A stretch of DNA of 64,000 nt. Source: Trueperaceae bacterium (GTDB lineage: Bacteria > Deinococcota > Deinococci > Deinococcales > Trueperaceae). The DNA is taken from assembly GCA_965213925.1 (NCBI GenBank), contig OZ243927.1, positions 608,001-672,000 of the forward strand. The letters run 5' to 3'. The position numbers and the translations under genes are program-made. Below the pieces are notes generated by a model. That model searched no databases. It was not told the origin of the DNA and saw nothing but the letters and a program-made list of their open reading frames with translations. Below are positions 9,691 to 19,166 of the stretch, one piece after another. Position 1 is the first letter of the stretch. Every line of letters starts with the position of its first letter.

Positions 9691-11060
9691 GAGGATGCGT
9701 TACGTCCCTCTAAAGAATTTAGGAAACCTTCCGCCCAGCCGTGCACGTCGAGCGACTTGACCTGCTCTCTAAGTTTGGCGGCGCGTTCTCTTCGCTTCTC
9801 CTCTGGCGTGGTCAGCGCCTCTTTAATCGCGGCGCTGACCTCTTCGATGTCGAAGGGGTTGACGCGCAAGGTCTCGGTCAGTACGTTGGCGGCTCCGGTC
9901 AAGTTCGACAAGATGAGCGTGCCTTTTTCGGTGATGAGCGAGAACTCCTGCGCCACCACGTTCATCCCGTCGCGGATGGGCGTGATCAGCGCGGCGTCGG
10001 CGGCTAAGTAGACGCTCGCCAACTCCTCCTGGGGAAACGAGCGGTAGAGGTAGCGCACCGGCACCCAGTCGCCCTGCATGTACGCGCCGTTGATGCGCCC
10101 CGCGATTTCGTCCACGGTGCGCTTGAGTTCTTGATACGACTCGACCCTCGTGCGGCTCGGCGAGGCGACTTGGTAGAGCGTGACCTTGCCCTGGTAGTCG
10201 GGGTTGTGCTCTAAAAAGTGCTCGAAGGCTAAGAGGCGTTCGGGCAAGCCCTTCGTGTAGTCGAGCCGGTCCACGCCCACGATAATGTGTTCGCTATGGA
10301 TACTCGCTTTTAGCTCCTCGGCTCCCTTTTGTACGCTCTCTTTGTCAGCGAATCCCTCAAAACGCGCCGTGTCGATGCCGATGGGGTGCGCCTCTGCGCG
10401 AATCGTGCGCCCTTCATAATAGACGCAGTTGCCCTCGACGGTTGCGCCCACGTCCTTGGCAGCCTCTAAAAAATTGCCCGCATACGCCTCGTTGTGAAAG
10501 CCCAAGAGGTCTGCGCCCAAGAGTCCTTTGGTCAATTCTTTCGCCCAGGGCAGCGTACGCCACACCTCGACGGCGGGCCACGGGATGTGGAAGAAAAAGC
10601 CGATGCGGGCGTCCGGTTGTTGCTCGCGCACAAAGCCGGGCGCTAAGAGCAGGTGATAGTCCTGAATCCACACCGCGTCGCCTTCTGAATACGTTTCCGC
10701 GACGGCGTCCGCGAAGCGCCGGTTGACCTCGGCGTAGTCGTCGAAAAACTCTTGTCGAAGGTCCATCTGTTCGATAAAATAGTGGCAGACGGGCCAAAGA
10801 ACGCGGTTGGCGAGCCCGTAGTAGTAGTTGCCGACCTCTTCATCGCTGAGCTTGAGGCGTTTGACCTCTAAGATGGGGTCGTCTTCGGGATACTGAATAC
10901 TCGGGACTTCGTCCGCCTTCTCTTCGCCCCAGGCGACCCAGACGCCGCCGCGCTTCTCTAAAACGGGCAAGAGCGCCGTGGTGAGACCGCCCACCGAGGG
11001 TTGCCAACTGCCGTTCTCCTCTTGCAGTGGTTCGCGGTTGGAGACGATTATGAGTGACAT
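9687..11060 (-). CDS. otsA: Trehalose-6-phosphate synthase
   Basis: SNREP, GGL, WIQDYHL, FFHIPWP, VDRLDYTKG and DGMNVV. Confidence 0.95.
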   Translation of the reverse strand: MSLIIVSNREPLQEENGSWQPSVGGLTTALLPVLEKRGGVWVAWGEEKADEVPSIQYPEDDPILEVKRLKLSDEEVGNYYYGLANRVLWPVCHYFIEQMDLRQEFFDDYAEVNRRFADAVAETYSEGDAVWIQDYHLLLAPGFVREQQPDARIGFFFHIPWPAVEVWRTLPWAKELTKGLLGADLLGFHNEAYAGNFLEAAKDVGATVEGNCVYYEGRTIRAEAHPIGIDTARFEGFADKESVQKGAEELKASIHSEHIIVGVDRLDYTKGLPERLLAFEHFLEHNPDYQGKVTLYQVASPSRTRVESYQELKRTVDEIAGRINGAYMQGDWVPVRYLYRSFPQEELASVYLAADAALITPIRDGMNVVAQEFSLITEKGTLILSNLTGAANVLTETLRVNPFDIEEVSAAIKEALTTPEEKRRERAAKLREQVKSLDVHGWAEGFLNSLEGRNASS

Positions 11061-11419
11061 AGCTGTCCTTCAAAAATAGTTCTGAACTTCAAACCCTGTT
11101 TCATGCTCAACCTCAGTTCCACTAGATAGTTCCCTGTAACGTCCGACACAGTGTTGTGCCGTTTCGATCTGATCACGACCGTCCCCCTCGCTGCAGCGTA
11201 CATCAATGCTGGTGGCGCTGCACGCACGATTTAGCTTCACGCTGAGCGTGTTACAATCGTCTGCCGCCTCTAGTATAGCGGCGCGATCAGCCTAGCATTC
11301 TCGCGTCAGAGAACTTTGTCATCGTTCTTGACACTTTCTAATCTTTTCGGCTGTGAAACTGGCGCGTGTACCATTCTTACGCCGCTCAAACGCTTCGAAA
11401 AAACTGTTTCGTGCCCTTT

Positions 11420-11448
11420 TTGACAAAGCTGCGCTACAAGCATACAAT
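11420..11448 (+). promoter_or_regulatory. Near-consensus sigma70 promoter
   Basis: TTGACA-17 bp-TACAAT. Confidence 0.75.
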
Positions 11449-11458
11449 GGAACGCGAA

Positions 11459-11595
11459 TTTTAGAGCGAACGTTCGTTAGGCAGAACGCGAGGAGATACG
11501 AAACCGCTTTGCAAGCACAGATTAAGCGGAGGCGCGCTTTCGTCGGACGACTTCTAACTCTCCGGTGAGGTCTGTAACGTGGCGCGTCCTAGAGC
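11459..11595 (+). ncRNA. Candidate rod-like structured RNA or 5' leader
   Basis: Five nested complementary blocks directly after the promoter (see findings). Confidence 0.35.
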
Positions 11596-11664
11596 GGGAG
11601 GTGCAAAAGGACCGACGCCGCGCATTACGGATACGCACGCCAAAAATATAGGACGAGGTGAACG

Positions 11665-11985
11665 GTGAGCAGTCATAGAGATATCGAAAGGGACAAAGAG
11701 GCGACAAAGCGGCAGCTCGAGCGGCCACAGCCCGCCCAAAACGGCAAGAATTGGTTGGGACACGCAGCAGGCAGCCGCGCCGCCAAAATCGACGCGATGC
11801 TCCTTAGGGGCGAGCCTTTGGGTAAGATGGCGGCGGCTTTCGACGCGGAGCAGCGCCGCGAGGTGGTCAGGAGGAGCATCTTAAAGCACTTCAAGCACCT
11901 GGAGAAAGAACACGGCTTGAGCGTGGTCAAAGAGGGGGCGGCGTATAGGTTTGGGCTCGGGGAAAACAGTCGTCGGGCGCGGTAG
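11665..11985 (+). CDS. Small basic hypothetical protein, possibly winged-helix
   Basis: GAGGTG RBS before GTG; 106 aa; helix pattern ending GLSVVKEGAAYRF. Confidence 0.65.
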   Translation: MSSHRDIERDKEATKRQLERPQPAQNGKNWLGHAAGSRAAKIDAMLLRGEPLGKMAAAFDAEQRREVVRRSILKHFKHLEKEHGLSVVKEGAAYRFGLGENSRRAR

Positions 11986-12013
11986 CACTTACCCTGACAC
12001 CTGACTACCTTAC

Positions 12014-14563
12014 CTACTCCCCGCCTAGCGCCGTGACAGGGGAAAGCTTCGCGGCGCGGCGGGCAGGCAGAAGCGAGGCTAGAAGCCCGACCACGGGCGA
12101 ACTTAGCAGCGCTAGGGCGATGAGACGCCAAGGGTAGACGGGCGTGATGCGGTAGCCCGTAAGTGCATTGGCACCCGCCGTAATCACCGTCGAGAGCAGC
12201 ACGCCGCTGGCGATTCCCAAAACCGTACCGACGACGATGATGACCACCCCTTCCGCCGAGATGAGCCGCCGCACGCCGCGCCGCGTGAGCCCCAAGGTGC
12301 GCAAAACCGCGATCTCGTGCTGGCGGCTACTTAAGTTCATGCCGAGCGTGTTGGCGACGCCTAGTGCGGCGATAAAGACCGCCAAAATGAGCAAGCCGTT
12401 CGTGGTCGCGAAAGTCTGCTGCGTTAGGGTAAGGATGCGCTCGCGGTAGGACTGGTTCAAGGTGATGTCTAAATAGAGTTCTGGAAACGCTCCTATGAGT
12501 GACTCGCGCACCGCTTGCGGGTCCGCGCCCTCTTGCAGGGTCATCACGAAGAGGTCGGGCGTGCCGCCGCCGAAGAGGTCTGCGTCTTTTAAGCTGCCGA
12601 CAAAGGCTTCGCCGCCGCCTGTGAAGTCCACGATAACACCGCCTACCTCGAAGCCTTGAAAGCCCTCGTTCGTGCGGAGCTGCACCTCGTCGCCCTGCTC
12701 GACGCCGAAGCGGTCTAAAATCGTGTTCGCCGCTAAGACCTGACCGCCACTGCGCAGTGTCTCGTAGGCGGCTCTCGCGTCGCCTTGTCCCTCGATAAAC
12801 TGGAACGTGCCGAAGCCGCCGTCGGGATTAAAGCGTTCAGGGTCCACCAGGACGAGCGCGACGCTGCGCCCTCTCGCCCCCTCTTCGGCTTCAAAGCGCA
12901 CCACGCGCACGCCGACGCCGCTGACGACGTCCAGTTCTGGCACACGCTGCGCCGCCGCCTGCTCGAAGCCTTCGGGGAAGCTCACGGGCGTCGTGACAAA
13001 GAGGTCGCCGACGATAGTCGTGTCCACCCAAGCGCGGATCGACTGGTTGATGCCCGCGACCATCGCGCCGACGCCGATGGTCAAACCCATGCCGACGATG
13101 ACCGCGCCTATAGCCACGCCGTTACGCTCCGCGTTGCGCAGGGTAAAAGACGCGCCCAGCTTGCCCGCCACACCGTAAACGCGCGTGAAGATAGGGCGCA
13201 AGAGGGTAAGTACGGGGGGCAACAGTAGCGGCGTGATGAGGGTGATGCCTAAAAAGAGCAGGCCCATCGCCAACGCGCTGCCGAAGAGCGCCCAACCGCC
13301 CTGCCACGGGCTGAGCGCCGCAGCGACGCCGCCGATGAGGAAGGGCCAACCCAGGTGCGGGTTGCGCGAGGGGGCTTCTTCGGTCTGCCTCGAGGCGGCG
13401 ATGGGGCGCGTCTGCGAGGCAGCCTGAGCCGGCAAGATACCCGCTAAGAGCGAGACCAGCACGCCGACCGTGCTCGCCAAGAGAACGTTGTTGACGGGGA
13501 TCACCAGCGTGCGAAACTCGAAGCCTAAACTCTGCGCCTGAAGCTGCGTAATGCCCAGCGAGAGAAGCACCCCGAGCGTGAGCCCGAGCGCGACCCCGAG
13601 CAAGCTCACGAGCGCCGCTTCGACCAAGGCTAAGCGCTGCACCTGCGCCCGCGTGAAACAGATCGTGCGCAGGAGCGCGTACTCGCGGGTACGCTCGACC
13701 ACGCCCGCCGCGAAGGTGTTGTACGCCATAAAGCCGCCCAGCGCGATGAGCGTCGCGGCGAGTACGCGTAGACCCGCTTGGATCGTGTCCACCACACCCG
13801 TCGCCAGGTTGCCGCTGCCTGCGGGCAGGGTGACGGTATACGCGCTTCCTAAGGTAGACTCGAGCCGCCTTTGCACCTCCGCCGCCGCGCTGCCGTCCGC
13901 GACCAAGACCTCTAAGAAAGACGCCCGACCCGAAAGCCGAAACGCCTCCTGCACGTCGCTAAGGTTCGCAATCCCGACCCGTCCGCCGTTGGTGCTCGGT
14001 AAGCCGATGGAGTCGTCCAAGAGTCCGGTGACGGTGAAGGGCACGTCGCCGAAGCGCGAGGCGAAGGCGATCTCCTGACCGACCTCGTAACCGCGCGTGC
14101 GAGCGAAGCCAGACGCGAGCGCGACGCCTCTCGAGCCCGCCTCTGGGAGTGTGCCCTCTTCAAGCTCCGCCGGCAAGTCTTCGGGCATCTGCGTCTCGCG
14201 CCCCGAAAGCTGAAAGCCCGAGTCCACGCCCGGAATCACCGAGTCGGAAAAGCCCTGAATGTCGCGCACGGGCTCGGCGCGTTCGTTTAGAACTGGGTGC
14301 ACGCGTAAGACGCCAGGCGTGTTCTCGACCTGGTCTAAGATATCGTCAACCGAAAAGACCGCCCGACCCTGTGCGCCAGGGGTGACGAGCAAGTCTGCCT
14401 TGCCCGCCGCGGCGTCCAGCGTGCTTCTGACGTTGGCTTCGACGTTGTCACCCACGGATAGTGTGGCGAGCACCGCCGCGATGCCGAGCGCGACCCCGAG
14501 AGTGGTCGCCACGCTGCGCCAAGGGTGGCGCAGCAGATTACGAAAGGCTAAGCGCAATAACAT
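12014..14563 (-). CDS. ABC transporter permease with two FtsX/MacB modules
   Basis: AFRNLLRHPWRS and two ERxREYA/RQHEIAVLRTLG motifs; leaderless TACACT-6 nt-ATG. Confidence 0.9.
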   Translation of the reverse strand: MLLRLAFRNLLRHPWRSVATTLGVALGIAAVLATLSVGDNVEANVRSTLDAAAGKADLLVTPGAQGRAVFSVDDILDQVENTPGVLRVHPVLNERAEPVRDIQGFSDSVIPGVDSGFQLSGRETQMPEDLPAELEEGTLPEAGSRGVALASGFARTRGYEVGQEIAFASRFGDVPFTVTGLLDDSIGLPSTNGGRVGIANLSDVQEAFRLSGRASFLEVLVADGSAAAEVQRRLESTLGSAYTVTLPAGSGNLATGVVDTIQAGLRVLAATLIALGGFMAYNTFAAGVVERTREYALLRTICFTRAQVQRLALVEAALVSLLGVALGLTLGVLLSLGITQLQAQSLGFEFRTLVIPVNNVLLASTVGVLVSLLAGILPAQAASQTRPIAASRQTEEAPSRNPHLGWPFLIGGVAAALSPWQGGWALFGSALAMGLLFLGITLITPLLLPPVLTLLRPIFTRVYGVAGKLGASFTLRNAERNGVAIGAVIVGMGLTIGVGAMVAGINQSIRAWVDTTIVGDLFVTTPVSFPEGFEQAAAQRVPELDVVSGVGVRVVRFEAEEGARGRSVALVLVDPERFNPDGGFGTFQFIEGQGDARAAYETLRSGGQVLAANTILDRFGVEQGDEVQLRTNEGFQGFEVGGVIVDFTGGGEAFVGSLKDADLFGGGTPDLFVMTLQEGADPQAVRESLIGAFPELYLDITLNQSYRERILTLTQQTFATTNGLLILAVFIAALGVANTLGMNLSSRQHEIAVLRTLGLTRRGVRRLISAEGVVIIVVGTVLGIASGVLLSTVITAGANALTGYRITPVYPWRLIALALLSSPVVGLLASLLPARRAAKLSPVTALGGE

Positions 14564-14842
14564 GGGCTGAGTGTAACAGAGCCTAGCGGCGCGCTGCGCA
14601 TTCTGGTGAGCCTTTTTCGCTCGCTCCTAGAGGTGTGATGGACCTTACAACATTCGAGCGCAAGCCTGCGCCGCAGTTGACGCCGCAGCGAAAAAGAGAG
14701 AACCGCACCTCGGTCAAGCGAAGGGGGCTTGCCCGGAAACGGTATTCGCACGAACGTATCTGTTACGGACTAAAGCGCGCGACGCTCAAATGTACGTGGC
14801 ATTTCTCACATCGGCTGCTACACTGGAAGACGGAACCTCTCT

Positions 14843-15991
14843 ATGCACTCATTTTCTTCCTCCGATAATGCGACGGCGTCCGACCAGGCTGACTTAGTGA
14901 GCTATAGGGGAGCGGCGCAAGAGAGCGAAATGCTCAACCAGTTGCGCTGGCGGGCTTCACAGCTCGTGCTCGTGATCAGCTCGCTCGCGATGGCGCTGCA
15001 GTCCCTCCTTTTCATCTTTGTAACGGGAACCATGAGCTACGGCGCAGCGGCGCTCCTAGCGGGGAGCCTCTGGTTCGCGCTGGGCGCGGTTGTTCAAGGG
15101 CTCGTGCGCCGCGTCTCCCCGCCCGTGGAGCGCCTAGGATACTTGGGCGCGCTCGCGCTCTTTTTAGGGTTCTACACGCGCACGATGGTCGGTATTTTCG
15201 CGTCTTCGCGTTCGCCGGGCGAGATGGGCGAAATTTTCCCCTGGTTCGCGACGGTCTTTATCGTGGCCTTTATCATCTATAGCGGGAGGATCGCCTTGCT
15301 GCTCTGCGGCGGCGTCGTGCTCTACACCTCGGGGTTGAGCGGCTACCTCATCCTGCGCGCGGCGCTACAGGGCGCGGAGGTTATGGCGCTCGAGGCGTCT
15401 TTAGACCTCTTCGCCGCCAACGTCATCTCGCTCCTCATGCTCTACGTGCTCAGGCGCACGACCGAGGCGTGGGCGAGAACGCAAGTCCGGGCGGAAGCGT
15501 TCGCCCAGCTCGCGAACGAGGACGCGCTCACAGGGCTCTATAACCGCCGCTATCTTAATGGGGCGCTCAAAGAGGAGCTAGAACGCGCCCGCCGCTACGA
15601 CCACCCGCTGAGCGCCGCGCTCTGCGACATCGACGAGTTTAAGCGCGTCAACGACCGCTTTTCGCACGGCGTCGGCGACCAGGTCCTCCAAGAGGTGGCG
15701 CGAATCATGGAGGGAAGCGTGCGCCGCGTCGATACGGTGGCGCGTTACGGCGGCGAGGAGTTCGTCCTCGTCTTCCCCGAGACCGAGGCGGCGCAGGCGC
15801 GTATCGTCTGTGAAAAGATTCGTAAAGAGGTGGAGCGCCACACCTGGACGCACCTCCACCCCGAGCTCAGCGTCACGCTCAGCGTCGGCGTAGCGAGCGG
15901 CAACCAGAGAACCCCGGAGCAGCTTCTTAGCGCCGCCGACCACAAGCTCTACGAGGCGAAGCGCGCGGGGCGAAACCGGGTGCGGCTCTAA
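14843..15991 (+). CDS. Membrane-bound diguanylate cyclase
   Basis: N-terminal TM helices, DALTGLYNRR, RxxD I-site and GGEEF. Confidence 0.92.
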   Translation: MHSFSSSDNATASDQADLVSYRGAAQESEMLNQLRWRASQLVLVISSLAMALQSLLFIFVTGTMSYGAAALLAGSLWFALGAVVQGLVRRVSPPVERLGYLGALALFLGFYTRTMVGIFASSRSPGEMGEIFPWFATVFIVAFIIYSGRIALLLCGGVVLYTSGLSGYLILRAALQGAEVMALEASLDLFAANVISLLMLYVLRRTTEAWARTQVRAEAFAQLANEDALTGLYNRRYLNGALKEELERARRYDHPLSAALCDIDEFKRVNDRFSHGVGDQVLQEVARIMEGSVRRVDTVARYGGEEFVLVFPETEAAQARIVCEKIRKEVERHTWTHLHPELSVTLSVGVASGNQRTPEQLLSAADHKLYEAKRAGRNRVRL

Positions 15992-16401
15992 GCGCCGCGC
16001 TTACCCAAACTCACGAAGAGCAGCGCCCAGCCGACGAGCTGCAATACGCCGCCGATAGGCGTAACTGCGCCGAGCCAAGAAACGCCGCTCAACACAAGGA
16101 TGTAGAGGCTTCCTGAAAAGACGAGGCTGCCAACGAAGATGAAGAGCGCGGCGCGGCGCGCTTTCACAGGTAACGCGCCGATCGCTAAGAGCGCGAGCGC
16201 GTGATACATCTGGTAGCGCACACCCGTCTCGAAGGTCTCTAGGCGTTCCGGCGTGAGGACGCCCTCCAAACTGTGCGCCCCAAAGGCGCCTAAGCCAACC
16301 CCGATAAACGCCAACACCGCCCCAAGTCGCGCGGGCTGAACTTCAAACCCTCTTGCCCCTTGCATCTCTCTACTTGCCATCATCCAAACCTTTCCGCTCA
16401 A
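15988..16401 (-). CDS. DUF423 (YgdD/TMEM256) membrane protein; real start may be downstream (e.g. 16365)
   Basis: LGAFGAH, FETGVRYQMYH, FSGSLY and TPIGG. Confidence 0.88.
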   Translation of the reverse strand: MSGKVWMMASREMQGARGFEVQPARLGAVLAFIGVGLGAFGAHSLEGVLTPERLETFETGVRYQMYHALALLAIGALPVKARRAALFIFVGSLVFSGSLYILVLSGVSWLGAVTPIGGVLQLVGWALLFVSLGKRGA

Positions 16402-16410
16402 ACCTTTCCG

Positions 16411-17112
16411 TTATGCGGCGACCTCTTCTCTCGTTTCGGCAGGCGTGCGCTCACCTTTAAGGACGCCGTCCGCAAGTTCTAACACGACGTCCACCTTCTC
16501 CGCCAAACGGGGGTCATGCGTCACGACGATCACCGTGCGCCCCTCTTCGGCAACTTCTCGCAAGGTCTGCAACACGACCGCGCCACTTTTTGAGTCTAAA
16601 TTTCCGGTGGGCTCATCAGCGAAGACGACAGACGGGTTGTTCGCCAACGCCCGCGCCACGCTGACCCGCTGCCGCTCGCCCCCTGAAAGCTTGTAAGGAA
16701 GATGGTTCGCCCGCTCAGCGAGCCCGAACCGCGCCAACAGAGCGAGCGCTCTCTCCTTGCGTGCCGCCGCGTCTACGCCCGCGAGTCCCATAGGAAAGGC
16801 AACGTTTTGCTGCGCGTTTAAGACGGCGACTAAGTTATAAGACTGAAAGACGAAGCCGAACTCGCGTAACCGCAACTCAGAGCGCCTGTTTTCGCCCAAG
16901 CTGCTAACCTCTTTGCTATCTAGGATGACGCTGCCGCGAGAGGGCACGTCCAAACCTGCTAAAAGGTTGAGAAGCGTAGACTTCCCCGAGCCCGACGGGC
17001 CCATGATGGCAGTGACTTTGCCCGCCCGAAAGGCGTAGCTGAAACCCGCTAAAGCGGTCACATCGCCGGAGGGGTCTTTATACACTTTGCTGAGGTCAGA
17101 AGCGCTGAGCAC
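16411..17112 (-). CDS. ABC transporter ATP-binding protein (LolD/MacB type)
   Basis: [17 protein letters not shown] and ADEPTGNLD. Confidence 0.93.
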   Translation of the reverse strand: MLSASDLSKVYKDPSGDVTALAGFSYAFRAGKVTAIMGPSGSGKSTLLNLLAGLDVPSRGSVILDSKEVSSLGENRRSELRLREFGFVFQSYNLVAVLNAQQNVAFPMGLAGVDAAARKERALALLARFGLAERANHLPYKLSGGERQRVSVARALANNPSVVFADEPTGNLDSKSGAVVLQTLREVAEEGRTVIVVTHDPRLAEKVDVVLELADGVLKGERTPAETREEVAA

Positions 17113-17196
17113 GCTTTAGAGCATAACGCGCACGGCGTGAACCGTTTGCAAGCTGCCTTGCGTAAAGTTTCACGTTTGAAAAGTAGTTGAAAGCAA

Positions 17197-17330
17197 CCCA
17201 GTCGAGCTGGGCGAACGGTGAGCAATAAGTTGAAAGTAAAAGACTTTTATCTTCACTCATTGCGGGCGGTCTCCCTGCGGTCGGAGCATTGCTCGGAACT
17301 CATTGCTATCTTAGACTCGCCGACAGCCGT
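17197..17330. repeat. Family C dispersed repeat
   Basis: CCAGTCGAGCTGG..GAACGGTGAGCAAT..CTCATTGC, similar to 56262-56392. Confidence 0.6.
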
Positions 17331-17340
17331 TGTAGTAATA

Positions 17341-17964
17341 TTAGTCGTCCCCCTCTACCTCTTCGGAACTGCTAGCGACCTCTTCAGAGGGCGGTTCAGG
17401 CTGGCGTAAATCCAGCCCGTTCGTCCGGTTCGTCGCCCTCGCCAACCCCTCATTCAGCATCAGCTCGATCCCGTCCGCTGCGCGGCGAACGACCTCTTCG
17501 AAAAGCTCACGCTCATCCTCGCGAAAGCGGCTCAAGACCCAGTTTTCCACCTTCCAGCCCTCGGGCGGACGACTGACGCCCACCTTGAGCCGGTGAAAGT
17601 CCGCGCCGACTCGGTTTTTAATGTCCGCCACGCCGCGCTGACCGCCCGCGCCGCCCCCGGTCTTAAAGCGGAGGCGACCGAGGGGCATGTCCAGGTCGTC
17701 GTGGACGACGAGCACCTCTCCCGGTGCGAGCCCCTGTTTGGTCATAGTCGACTGCACCGCGCTTCCCGAAGCGTTCATAAAGGTGAGCGGCTTGATGAGG
17801 CGCAGCGCACCCCACCGGACCTCTTCCGCTTGTTTCCCTTTGCGAAAGCTGAGCGCGTGCCGCCGCGTAAGTTCGTCCAGCACAAGAAACCCGGCGTTGT
17901 GCCGGGTGTTCTGGTAGCGCGGTCCGGGGTTGCCTAAACCGACGATGAGTTTGATGTCAGACAT
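17341..17964 (-). CDS. pth: Peptidyl-tRNA hydrolase
   Basis: GLGNPG, TRHNAGF, KPLTFMNASG and HDDLD. Confidence 0.95.
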   Translation of the reverse strand: MSDIKLIVGLGNPGPRYQNTRHNAGFLVLDELTRRHALSFRKGKQAEEVRWGALRLIKPLTFMNASGSAVQSTMTKQGLAPGEVLVVHDDLDMPLGRLRFKTGGGAGGQRGVADIKNRVGADFHRLKVGVSRPPEGWKVENWVLSRFREDERELFEEVVRRAADGIELMLNEGLARATNRTNGLDLRQPEPPSEEVASSSEEVEGDD

Positions 17965-18602
17965 TATTCAGCAGAGGTGTCTTCCTCTGACTCCTCTGAG
18001 ATTTCGTCATCTTGACCGATAACTTCAGGCTGCGTGACCTCTTCCTCGGCAGGTTCCTCTTCAACGGCGCGCGGCGCTAAGACCGTGATAAGCGTGCGCT
18101 CAGGCTCGTCTAAGATTTCCGCTTCCGAGGGCAGCATCGGAATAACATCCGAGATGTGGATGGAGTCGCCGATTTCCAAGTCGCTTACGTCTACCTCTAA
18201 GTTGTTGGGGATGAGGCGCGGCAAGATATTGATGCGCACGTCGCGGCGCTGGATGTCCACCTGACCGCCCTGCTTAGCTCCTGCGGGCGTGCCCACGAAG
18301 TCGACGACAACGGCCACCTCGACGACTTGACCCGCGGTGACCGCGTAAAAGTCCACGTGGATGGGCTCGCGGCGGCGCTTATTCATCTGCACGGCGCGGA
18401 CCAGCACGTCGTGGCTCTCGCCGTCGATTTCCAAGTCGATGATGTTCGAGGTGCCCTGCGAGCGAAACGCCTTGTCGAACGCTCTCGTCTCGATGCTCAC
18501 GGGAATGTTGGTCTCTTTGTTGTAGACCACGCCGGGCAGGTGCCCCGTTTTGCGGACGGCGCTCGCCTCTCCGGGCGTACGTTTTTCTGCGACTAACTTC
18601 AT
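17964..18602 (-). CDS. rplY: 50S ribosomal protein L25/Ctc
   Basis: LPGVVY and PIHVDFY, acidic tail; prs-rplY-pth synteny. Confidence 0.95.
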   Translation of the reverse strand: MKLVAEKRTPGEASAVRKTGHLPGVVYNKETNIPVSIETRAFDKAFRSQGTSNIIDLEIDGESHDVLVRAVQMNKRRREPIHVDFYAVTAGQVVEVAVVVDFVGTPAGAKQGGQVDIQRRDVRINILPRLIPNNLEVDVSDLEIGDSIHISDVIPMLPSEAEILDEPERTLITVLAPRAVEEEPAEEEVTQPEVIGQDDEISEESEEDTSAE

Positions 18603-18952
18603 GCTTCCTCCTTCTAATGTCTAACTCGTAATCCTTGTCTTTTGGTGTTGGGGATGACGGGTATACCCGCTTGGTTCTATATTAACGTGCGTTCGAATCT
18701 CTTCAACTCGTTTTCTGAGCGTAGCGCCCAGCAACAAGCGGTGATGATACCACTAAATGCCCCAAGCTAATGCTGCCTACGAAATTTCCCTTACAGACCT
18801 CTTTGCTCGAGGCTCGTGAGATCTGCTCAAACCTTCGAACCTCATTAGACCTCCTGCAAAAGTCCCTCTCGCTCCGCCTGTTGCGTTGCTTCGCATCACT
18901 TCGTGCACTGCTCATATTCGTAAGGCTGACGCCCGACCGCGTGAACTGCTCG

Positions 18953-18994
18953 GCGAAAGCGTGAGCCGGGCATTCGCCCGGCTCACGCTTTCGC
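18953..18994. repeat. Perfect 19-bp inverted repeat
   Basis: GCGAAAGCGTGAGCCGGGC-ATTC-GCCCGGCTCACGCTTTCGC. Confidence 0.85.
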
Positions 18995-19044
18995 AAGAGG
19001 TCTATTACTTAGAGCGATTTTCAAAGTTACTGAGGAGGTGTCAT

Positions 19045-19166
19045 GCAGATATCATCTTTGAATGTGCGGGCTGAAGTGATACTTTAGCCCCTGAGCGCGT
19101 TTGTGACCAGATGACATCCCGCTAGCCTCACGGCTGAGTGCGCGAAGCTTCCGAAGGAACCTGCTA
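19045..19166. repeat. Family B element (B1)
   Basis: GCAGATATCATCTTT...CTGAGCGCGTTT..CAGATGA..GCTAG, shared with 20371-20449. Confidence 0.75.

Noticed and set aside
18703..18996. 97-aa ORF as a four-helix-bundle/IVS protein
   Set aside because: Only a faint resemblance; it starts inside the palindrome and has no RBS.
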